From: Saprolegnia diclina VS20 | Taxonomy: Eukaryota | Assembly (NCBI RefSeq): GCF_000281045.1 | Contig: NW_008246188.1 | Location: 37,082 to 78,559 of the forward strand | Reading direction: 5' to 3' | Length of the DNA: 41,478 bases | Shown: piece after piece, positions 1-8,380 of the stretch | Layout of the letters: the number at the start of each line of letters is the position of its first letter | How positions within the stretch are numbered: position 1 is the stretch's first letter | Notes under the pieces: generated by a model | What the model was told of the DNA's origin: nothing | The model's input: only the letters and a program-made list of their open reading frames with translations | Database searches by the model: none | Translations under genes and position numbers: made by a program

Positions 1-218
1 CGCAACTGCGACACAGTGCTTGTACCACAATGTCCCAACGTTGTCTCTGCAGTCGTTTTGCCCAATCAGATTTTTCAAGGGCCCTGATTGGTGCATAAGA
101 AATGCTTGTAATGCTTTTCATTGGCTTGCGCGCCAAAACGCGGCCACAACCACGGCTGCGACAGCACTGGCACATGCTACGCGACCTGCGATTCGTCGAG
201 CGAAAAATGCGACTGGCT
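1..218 (+). repeat. Direct repeat copy A (runs off the left edge of the window); pairs with 4196-4413
   Basis: Base-by-base match to 4196-4413 at constant offset 4195 with about 5 substitutions; similarity stops after ...AATGCGACTGGCT. Confidence 0.95.
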
Positions 219-477
219 CTTCTGCACGCGCTGAGTGCGATGAAGAGCACGCCGATCCCGTGCTATGGCGATGCGTACCCGGGGCCGCCGGAAGCGATGA
301 GCCGTGCGAACGTCAAGGCCTCAAGGATGCTGTGGCTGGCGATGATCCCTCTTAGTTTTGCACTGGCCTTGTAATGCACGCACTTCTACATGTTGGCTTG
401 AGCTACATCGTGTCGACTAGTACTTGTATTCGGTTCAAGCATCGATAGACAATACGACCAGTGCGAGATGTGGCCCT

Positions 478-565
478 GTATTTCGCTAGAGTTAGTAGTT
501 TAGTAGTAGCTAGTAGCTACGAGCGAGTACTCGTAGCTACTAAACTACTAACTCTAGCTAAATAC
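478..565. repeat. Long inverted repeat / hairpin
   Basis: GTATTTCGCTAGAGTTAGTAGTTTAGTAG (478-506) is the reverse complement of CTACTAAACTACTAACTCTAGCTAAATAC (537-565) with 1 mismatch. An inner stem CTACGAG/CTCGTAG continues after a 10-nt bulge. Confidence 0.9.
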
Positions 566-860
566 TCCAATGGACGCTCGAAAAGCTCTCAGAAAGCGAT
601 CGAATGCGTTGAAGGCGCATGGTTGAAGGCTGGGGCTCGGGTTCCCATTGGATTGGATTATCACCAATCCAATGCCATGCATGCTCTTTTTAAACCAATC
701 AAAGCGATTCCCTCGCAAGACAGTTCGTGGATACGAACAACAAGTCATCTCGTCTCTGCGATGCCAAGTGCAAAGTCGTCGCCGCTTCCTGCACGCGGCC
801 TCGTCTCGGGTACCTCCGAGCTCTGCAGCGCCACAGCTGCCCTTCGAGAAGCCAGCAATG

Positions 861-911
861 CGCGCCGTCCGCACACGCCGGCGCCGCGCCGTCCGCACAC
901 GCCGGCGCCGC
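861..911 (+). repeat. 24-bp tandem duplication
   Basis: CGCGCCGTCCGCACACGCCGGCGC at 861-884 and 885-908, then CGC. Confidence 0.9.
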
Positions 912-940
912 CCCGGTCGCGCCGCCGACTCTGTAGCGAA

Positions 941-1870
941 ATGCGGCTGCAGGTCGACCGGCTCGCGATCGTGCAATCGGGCGACGTCCGCTTCGCCGTC
1001 TGCGTTCCGTGCAAGCTCGTTCTTAGCGTCGACGTCCCGCGCATCATCGAGCATGTGTATGGCGCATGCAGCCAGCCATTTCCACGGACGGTGCCCCAAG
1101 CGCAGGTGACGCAGGCGCTCGTCGCGTCCAACCTCTCGAGCCCGACAGCGATTGCAGCCTCGCCGTACCGAACGCCAAGCGGAGACCCAGTTCCGGCACT
1201 ACCTCTGTACCCATCGACCCGCGGCTTCCGATGTACGCGCGCCGCCTGCGTCTACTTTGCGCATGACGAAGCAACGATGCGACGACACGTCAAGAACCAT
1301 GGCACCAAGCCGGCTCTCGGCACGACGTTTGCGCGCTGCAAGGTCCAGCAGATCGCCAAAGGCAAGTACATCTCGGTGAGTTTGGCACATGGCGGCGACG
1401 GCCCGCTCGCAACGCCGTTGCGAATGACGCGTTTGGTGTCAACAAGCGACGCGCCACTGACACCGAGTACAACTACGACTGGTCGGACGCCGACTGAAGG
1501 ACCGTCCACCAAGCACATTGCACCAGCGATCAACGATACTACCAAGGCTGTGGTGCCGCCCACAAAGGTCGTGACGCAGCCCATGGCACCCACAATGGCC
1601 ACGTCGGTAGCAGGTCGAGAGCCCGTGACAGCACCAGAAGAAGCGGCTGCAAGAGAGACAACGACCCAGCGGCAGGTCAGCTGGCCGTACCGGTTCAGCA
1701 AACGCGCGACACAAAATTTCATCGATCTCTCGAGGAGCCCGCCTGTCGTTGTGGACCTCACTCTGAGCGACGACGAGTCCGAGTCGGACTTTGATCTGCC
1801 GCTGAGCCCGCGCTCGTACGCGGACTTGTGTCAACGCGCAAGGAACGCTACCGACACGTATAATGTCTAA
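941..1870 (+). CDS. Zinc-finger protein, DUF3505/OrsD-like N-terminus, Thr/Pro-rich linker, acidic SIM-like tail (about 309 aa)
   Basis: ATG at 941 within ORF 461-1870. Motifs CVPC...EH, PVPALPLYPSTRGFRC-x4-C-VY...MRRHVKNH...CKVQ resemble DUF3505 (from recall). C-terminal FIDLS and VVVDLTLSDDESESD. Confidence 0.55.
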   Translation: MRLQVDRLAIVQSGDVRFAVCVPCKLVLSVDVPRIIEHVYGACSQPFPRTVPQAQVTQALVASNLSSPTAIAASPYRTPSGDPVPALPLYPSTRGFRCTRAACVYFAHDEATMRRHVKNHGTKPALGTTFARCKVQQIAKGKYISVSLAHGGDGPLATPLRMTRLVSTSDAPLTPSTTTTGRTPTEGPSTKHIAPAINDTTKAVVPPTKVVTQPMAPTMATSVAGREPVTAPEEAAARETTTQRQVSWPYRFSKRATQNFIDLSRSPPVVVDLTLSDDESESDFDLPLSPRSYADLCQRARNATDTYNV

Positions 1871-1879
1871 CTTGATATG

Positions 1880-2169
1880 TTGATACGATCGAGTGCAGTA
1901 GCTTGTCCTCCGCCAGAGTCTTTCGCAGGACGCTACGCTCAACACATCTGAATATGTACATAAATCAAGCAAAACGCCCAGTCCTAGTACTGTACACTTG
2001 CTGGGCTGGTAGGCTCTCAACATCGTCATCGGAGCACGAGACGTTATTATATAATGAGAAATTTGAGGAATTTGCCTCAAAATACCGGAAGGACAACAGT
2101 GTATATATTACGTATGTAGTTGAAATGGTCTTGCCTTGCCGTCAGTGCGAATTAGTAAAAGTTTGTTGA
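1880..2169 (+). mobile_element. Possible degenerate MULE-type transposase fragment
   Basis: ORF 1903-2169 reads VFRRTLRSTHLNMYI...YNEKFEEFASKY...YITYVVEMVLP..ELVKV, loosely resembling the MULE VFP..LLCxWHINKN...F..F...Y...Y...WLP.KE..V.AW block. Weak similarity. Confidence 0.3.
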
Positions 2170-2254
2170 CTGGGAGATCCAATTCATTTAATTTGTTAAT
2201 TTGATGGTAATTCGACGCAAAACAGAAGGAGAAAAGATACGAAAATGCAGCGAC

Positions 2255-3664
2255 TTAGTACTCGAAGAGCGCGCGGGCGACCGAGTAGTGCGTCGTGTTG
2301 GTGAAGACGACCTTTTGGTACTTGGCCGGGCAGAGCGGGAAGAGGATCGTCGGGTCCGGGTGAGTCGGCGCAAAGAGCTCCTTGCCCGTGTTAATCGAGA
2401 CGTAGACAGCGAGGAAGCACGAGATGAGGATGCAGACGATGCCGAATGCCTTCTCGGGCGCCGAGACGGTTGGCCAGAACGTCTTGAGGTAAAAGACGAT
2501 CGGGAGAATCATGCACACCAAGCACGACGTCGACGCACCGACAAAGTCCATAAGCGCATTCAAGTGGTCCTTCCAGATCACCGCGACCACGGAGCACACA
2601 GCGACCATCGAGATGCGCATAATAGCCGCCTTCATGTAGGCGCCCGGCGCCTTGTAGGCCTCGGCGGGGTCAATGTGCTCGATCGGCTTTTCCTCGGGCT
2701 TGAACGACTCGAGCGCCGGCGTCTCAATGTCGAGCACGTGCTCTTCAATGTAGTACACGTGCATGCCAAAGAAGACGCGCTCGAGGATCTGGAAGACCGG
2801 GAACATGACGACCGAGAAGGCAATCGTGACGTGGAGCTGCATGAAGAGGAAGCTGAGAATGACAAAGCCGCGGCTGGCCGTGAAGCCGAGGTTCGAGTTG
2901 GCGACGGCGAAGAGGAGGTTGCCGGGCGTTTGGCAGCCAGTGAGGTACACGCCAAGGATCGACACGAGGAGGAAGAAGGCCGAGATGACACCCATCGTGA
3001 TCAAAATGAGCTTGGGCATGCGCGCGGGCTCGCTGTGTTCGCGCGTCAGAGTCGGGATGATGATACCCGCACCGTACGCGAGCGCCAGGTTGCCGAAGAC
3101 CGTTGTCACCGACTCGAACGTGAGCTCGGGCGTCGGCGGCGAAATGCTCTGCACGTTCGAGTCGTTCATGTTGGTGATGAGGAGCGTGAGCGCAATGCCG
3201 TCGGCAAAGATCGTGCCGAGGCAGCCGGCGGCGGCGGCGCCAGCACCTTCCTTGAGCGTTGGGATGAGGCAGACGGGAAGAAGCGTGACCGCCATCAAGA
3301 CGATCCACGTCGACTGCGAGAACGAGTCGGGGAAGAGCACCACAAGGAGCGACCCGCCGAGCACCAAAAACACGATCGGGAGCAAAGTGCACATGATGGC
3401 TTGCGGCACGGTCGTGATCCAACGACCCGGCTTGCCCATGACCCACTCACCGAGGTCGCCGAAGGTAAAGATGTTGGCAGGCGCGACAAGCATGACCTTG
3501 GCGATGCACCACGTTGCGTACGTGTTGGCGGCGGCCATGAACACAAAAGCCACCGAGGCCCACATGTAGCCGGCCTTGGCGTAGTTGCCCGGGAGGCCGA
3601 GGGACCCGACACCGCACACGCAGCAGAAGATGGAGAAGGCGATCTTGAGATCTTCCGTGGTCAT
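2255..3664 (-). CDS. Amino acid/auxin permease (AAAP, Aa_trans-type) transporter, paralog 1, intronless, 469 aa
   Basis: Multi-TM protein with CCVCGVGSLGLPGNYA, FGDLGEW, LALAYGAG..IP, LMDFVGA. Start placed at ATG 3664 by alignment with paralogs and an INR-FPR just upstream. Confidence 0.9.
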   Translation of the reverse strand: MTTEDLKIAFSIFCCVCGVGSLGLPGNYAKAGYMWASVAFVFMAAANTYATWCIAKVMLVAPANIFTFGDLGEWVMGKPGRWITTVPQAIMCTLLPIVFLVLGGSLLVVLFPDSFSQSTWIVLMAVTLLPVCLIPTLKEGAGAAAAGCLGTIFADGIALTLLITNMNDSNVQSISPPTPELTFESVTTVFGNLALAYGAGIIIPTLTREHSEPARMPKLILITMGVISAFFLLVSILGVYLTGCQTPGNLLFAVANSNLGFTASRGFVILSFLFMQLHVTIAFSVVMFPVFQILERVFFGMHVYYIEEHVLDIETPALESFKPEEKPIEHIDPAEAYKAPGAYMKAAIMRISMVAVCSVVAVIWKDHLNALMDFVGASTSCLVCMILPIVFYLKTFWPTVSAPEKAFGIVCILISCFLAVYVSINTGKELFAPTHPDPTILFPLCPAKYQKVVFTNTTHYSVARALFEY

Positions 3665-3702
3665 GAACGCCTTGGTGGTTGCGATGGGATGCGCTGCCAA
3701 AG

Positions 3703-3718
3703 GCAAAAACCGGAATGA
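3703..3718 (-). promoter_or_regulatory. Oomycete INR+FPR core promoter of AAAP paralog 1
   Basis: Minus strand TCATTCCGGTTTTTGC, about 40 nt upstream of the ATG. Confidence 0.6.
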
Positions 3719-4195
3719 ACGAAGAGAGCTCGACCTCAAATCGTTGTAGCCATCGACATGTACTCTGCACATACGATGTTGATGTTGAAGCTCCACCACG
3801 TGCGGTGCCAGCTGATGCACTGGTTATCCGCCATTTCAACCTTCCGCAAACCAAGGATCTTTTTCGCCAAATTCCTTCAAACAGGTACGGCAGCGAGCCC
3901 TTTTATAGGCCAGCCGCGTGGGGTATACAGGCACCAAGGTATTCCGTCGGCGACGCATTAAATTGCAGAGCGACGGTTTGAGCGCACCCAAGGGCGTAGC
4001 CGTGTGGCGGACACGGGCCTAGCGTGAACTTTTGGCGTCGCGAGAGCTCGTGTCTTGGTCTTTGTATGGAGAGGGCTTCGATAAGGTAAAGAGATCCGGG
4101 CTCGCAACCGAACCACCCAGGTTATAGCCGGCTTGGTCGTCCCGGAAGAGTATCGCAGCCACAATTCATTGGCTCCACCTAGGTGGTCGCCTATC

Positions 4196-4413
4196 CGCAA
4201 CTGCGACACAGGGCTTGTACCACAATGTCCCAACGTAGTCTCTGCAGTCGTTTTGCCCAATCAGATTTTTAAAGGGCTCTGATTGGTGCATAAGAAATGG
4301 TTGTAATGCTTTTCATTGGCTTGCGCGCCAAAACGCGGCCACAACCACGGCTGCGACAGCACTGGCACATGCTACGCGACCTGCGATTCGTCGAGCGAAA
4401 AATGCGACTGGCT
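4196..4413 (+). repeat. Direct repeat copy B, upstream region of AAAP paralog 1, containing inverted CCAAT boxes
   Basis: Matches 1-218. Contains CCAATCAGA (4257-4265) and TCTGATTGG (4278-4286) as a 9-bp inverted pair. Confidence 0.95.
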
Positions 4414-5794
4414 TTCTCAGACGCCCGTACGTCGAGGAAGCCGTCGAAGGGGCGCCCATGCTAAGATCGATTTCTGAGCACAGTCCGCGTCTACGTTTCC
4501 ATGAAAACGGAGGCAATCGCCAAGAGTGCAGCCCACCCTCCCAAGAGTGCATCCGGCTGTCTTTGGCTCACCGAGCATTTTGGGTGAGGCCTCGATCTTT
4601 CCAGCGCAATCCGAGTTGCGTTTTTTCGAATTGAAGCAGAATTGAAGCACACCTGGGTGCGCAAAGCTCCTTCGTTGCGACCGCCTCGAAGCGCTGAGGG
4701 CGACGGTAGCCTATTGCGAGGCTCAAATCGAATCCTACTGCATCACTACGAAATCATTGCTGCAAGCAGCAAACTCTTCGCAATGGCCTCCAAAAGTGTG
4801 CTGCGTCGGATACGCGGAAGTAGAGCCGGCCGCTTCAAGTATGCAGGCTTGTTGTAAGAAACTGATTCGGTTTCAGTATGAAACATATGGTGATAGGGAT
4901 GGGTAACCGTGGGATGTGGACGGCCCACACGATTCCACGGCCAAGCGAGCGCGGCCAGAAACGCGTCCCGTAGTCATACACTGGTCGTTGGCATTGGCTA
5001 ACCGCTTACAAACCGCTAGAAAGGACAAAATTGTTGACCAATTTGCTCAGTTACTGCGCTGGATGGTTTCCCCTTCGACGAAGCTCGCACTTGGCTGCGG
5101 CGTTCGCAATGGGTCGGTCGTGTTCCCTTTGCAACGATTCGCTACGCAGCGCGATAAACAAGCGCGGAGGCGTCCTCTACATCACATCATTCACCAGAGC
5201 GAGAGCGCTTGACGTCAACAAGAGAGTCTCTGACGCCTGCGTGTTTGCTCCCGCACGTCGCTGCCTCCTCGTGCGAGAAGAGCAAGGCGCTCACCAAAGA
5301 ACTCACCTACCTGTGTACAAACACAACCTGCGTATCTCTCTCATGTGAGCAGGTCCGCATGCACCAAGGAGTTCCTCGATCCCAACCTCTGTGAATTTTC
5401 ACCTTCTTACAAGTAGCCAACCCACATATCAGAGCTTCCGACAAATCCAACTATCACGCATGTAGTAATACCACAAGCAGTGCGTCGCAGACTCGAATCA
5501 CCTTATTCCGAATTCAAAAGCTTTCCATCTCTTGGGTCATCGGGACCGCACCATTGATGATCGATAGCGGTGCCAATATAAGTATAGCCCATGTATAGAC
5601 CATCGCACCCAAGCGCATCGCGACACCTCGAGTTTCAATGTCGTCGTGTCAACACACCAATGTGAAAGAGCGAGCCTTGCGTCGAAATAGCAGCCGCTCG
5701 CGTTACGCCCTTAAAACCAGATGGGGCAATTTCAACCCAACTTCAACTGCAGCACCTGGATGGGCGTCACTGCGGCGGTCACGGCCAAAGTCTT

Positions 5795-5810
5795 CCAGTT
5801 TTCCATTTGC
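5795..5810 (+). promoter_or_regulatory. INR+FPR-like core promoter of AAAP paralog 2
   Basis: CCAGTTTTCCATTTGC ending about 25 nt before ATG 5835. Confidence 0.5.
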
Positions 5811-5834
5811 CTTGGGCCGCACACCTGCACAACC

Positions 5835-7256
5835 ATGGCGTTCCTTACGATTGAAGACTTCAAGATGTGCTTCTCAATCTTCTGCTGCGTCTGCGGCGTC
5901 GGCTCCTTGGGTCTGGCCGGCAACTACGCGAGCGCCGGCTACGTCTGGGCCACCGTCGCCTTCTTCTTCATGGCGATTGCCAACACATACGCGACGTGGT
6001 GCCTCTCCAAGGTGCTTCTCGCGGCGCCCAAGTCGGTCTTTACGTTTGGTGACGTCGGCGAGTGGGTCATGGGCCGCCCCGGCCGGTACCTCACCACGAT
6101 CTCGCAGTGCGTGCTCTGCACTTTGCTCCCGATTGTGTTCTTGGTGCTCGGCGGCTCGCTCCTTGTGATCCTCTTCCCCGACTCGTTCTCGCAGACGACG
6201 TGGATTGTCTTGATGGCGGTCACGCTTCTTCCCGTCTGCCTCGTGCCGACAATGAAGGAAGGCGCGGGCATGGCGGCGGCCGGCTGCCTTGGCACGATCT
6301 TTGCCGATGGCATTGCCCTTGCGCTTCTCATCAGCAACATGAAGGACGAAAACCCGAGCGGCATCTCACCGCCGTCGCCCGAGATTGACTTCAAGAGCGT
6401 CACGACCGTCTTTGGCAACTTGGCGCTTGCGTACGGCGCGTGCATCATCATTCCGACGCTGCAGCACGAGCACTCGCAGCCCGAGCGCATGCCGCGCCTC
6501 ATTCTCGTGGCCCAGACCATCATTTCGGTCTTCTTCTTCCTCGTCTCGATCCTCGGTGTCTTCTCGACGGGCTGCCAAACGCCGGGCAACCTCCTCTTCT
6601 CGATTGCGGGGTCGGGTCTTGGCTTCAAGGCCAGCCGCGGCTTTGTCATTCTGAGCTTCCTCTTCATGCAGCTGCACGTGACGATCGCGTTTTCGGTCAT
6701 CTTCTTCCCCGTCTTCCAGATCCTCGAGCGCCTCGTCCTTGGTCTGCACAAGTACGAGGGCGACGCGTTGGAGGCCGATATTGAGACGCCGGCGATCGAC
6801 GGCGCGACCCACTACGCGGCCGACAGCAAGGCCAAGGACGACGACATGAAGCTGCACGACGAAGCCATTGACGCGTACAAGGCGCCGGGTGCGTACACCA
6901 AGGCCGCGATTCTCCGCACGGCCATGATCGCCGTCTGCGTCGTTGTCGCGGTGATCTGGAAGGACCACCTCGGCTCGCTCATGGACTTTGTCGGCGCGTC
7001 GACGTCGTCGCTCGTCAACATGATTCTTCCGATCACGTTCTACCTCAAGACGTTCTGGCCCATGATCTCCAAGGGCGAGAAGGCGTTTGGCATCATCTGC
7101 ATCTTGATCTCGTGCTTCCTCGCCGTCTATGTCTCGATCAACACGGGCAAGGAGCTCTTCGCGCCCGAGGAGCGCGACCCGAAGATCCTCTTCCCGCTCT
7201 GCCCGGCCAAGTACCAGGAAGTCGTCTTCACCAACACGACGTTCTACAAGTACTAA
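5835..7256 (+). CDS. AAAP amino-acid permease, paralog 2, intronless, 473 aa
   Basis: MAFLTIEDFKMCFSIFCCVCGVGSLGLAGNY...; aligns end to end with paralogs 1 and 3; ACCATGG start context. Confidence 0.92.
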   Translation: MAFLTIEDFKMCFSIFCCVCGVGSLGLAGNYASAGYVWATVAFFFMAIANTYATWCLSKVLLAAPKSVFTFGDVGEWVMGRPGRYLTTISQCVLCTLLPIVFLVLGGSLLVILFPDSFSQTTWIVLMAVTLLPVCLVPTMKEGAGMAAAGCLGTIFADGIALALLISNMKDENPSGISPPSPEIDFKSVTTVFGNLALAYGACIIIPTLQHEHSQPERMPRLILVAQTIISVFFFLVSILGVFSTGCQTPGNLLFSIAGSGLGFKASRGFVILSFLFMQLHVTIAFSVIFFPVFQILERLVLGLHKYEGDALEADIETPAIDGATHYAADSKAKDDDMKLHDEAIDAYKAPGAYTKAAILRTAMIAVCVVVAVIWKDHLGSLMDFVGASTSSLVNMILPITFYLKTFWPMISKGEKAFGIICILISCFLAVYVSINTGKELFAPEERDPKILFPLCPAKYQEVVFTNTTFYKY

Positions 7257-7699
7257 GTACTTCTGTGCTCGAGACGCCACGTCGGCCTCGGTTTGTAGTG
7301 TGATATAAAAGTTAGTCTAGTGTGTTTTCTCTTGGGTTGTGTCTTTGTGTCTTTTTTCCCAAACTGGGACATCCAAACGGGAAACTTCAACCGCTTATAC
7401 CCGACCCTTGGCATGTGATCTCTGTGTGGCACATCGACACAAGGCGCTTCACGATACAGAGAGTTCAAGTTGAGAGATTTTGCAAGCTCACTCCCCGTTC
7501 TATCCGCCAAATTATCCCGTCGCAAAGAACACATAGAAACAGGGGCGCTAGGTTGAAGTACGTTAAACAGCAACCGAGGGCGCTCCCTCGTTGCTTGGGT
7601 TGACACTTAAGCAAACCAGCAGCATGGACAACAACAGGCGAAACGCATCGGAGGACGACCGCCTCGGACAATGCATACGTCGTCAATGCTGACGCGGAC

Positions 7700-8380
7700 T
7701 ACAGGTCAAGCCAAATTGCAGTGAAATGCACGTCGTCGTGACCCACAATAATGACCTCGATCTGGGCCACCATCAGAGTCGTTTCTTGGTGATCAACGCC
7801 GCAGCGCTTATTTTGTTTCATTGCGTAGAAACTACTGCCCACGCGTCGGCGACCGCATCGAGCACAAAGTTCTTGATGTGCCTCAGAGTCGCACGTACAG
7901 TACTACGGCTTCCTCAGCCGAGGTGGAGGCACGTGACTAGAACGAAAGGCCTCTCGACGCTGAGAAGTTGACGGTGGCGTGCGGCATATCAATCCCAGAG
8001 ACGACAAACCTGTGACCACTCGGTTGATGAAACGTTGAGGACAAGTGGGCAGGTTATTAGGACCACCAGTGAATGAATCTGCGCTACCACATTCTTGATA
8101 CGAGGTCTTAAACGCCAAAGCGTCAGAGACAAGTGGCACGGTGATTAAATGGGATCCATGGCGCAGTGCGCCGATGAAACGAGATGCGATTTTGCTGCAG
8201 CGCACGTCATAAATACCGCGGGCGGCGACAGAAGACGTTCGAGTTGGAGGTTTTTGAGTGCATGGTCGCGGTTTGCACCGGCGGCTATCCTTCCGTGCAC
8301 CGACGCACTTGAGGCCAGCACTTGGTTTTAACAGTGCGCTACGCATGACGTTGAGTAGCATAACTGGGGCGGATACATCT
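7700..8380 (-). mobile_element. Highly degenerate Ty3/Gypsy reverse-transcriptase relic
   Basis: ORF 7903-8508(-) carries, in RT order, MRSALLKPS, VGARKD, RGIYDV, ALRHGSHLITV, LAFKTSY and NNLPTCPQRFINRVVTGL. These echo LIRPS, VKKKD, PRIDD, LDLRSGYHQI, TAFRTPYG and NAPATFQR.IN.VL.GL. No YxDD remains. Confidence 0.45.

Noticed and set aside
461..940. N-terminal extension of ORF 461-1870
   Set aside because: Starts at GTG, runs through a hairpin and a tandem repeat, and lacks protein-like features; ATG 941 is preferred.
2201..3718. 505-aa plus-strand ORF (and similar long antisense ORFs 6366-7280, 12599-13894, 27070-27981, 40397-41386)
   Set aside because: Antisense shadows of real genes, kept open by GC-rich codon bias; no recognisable motifs.
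1..4413. The 218-bp direct repeats as LTRs of a retroelement
   Set aside because: No CA terminus, TSD, PBS or polypurine tract is evident and the interior encodes no gag/pol; segmental duplication fits better.
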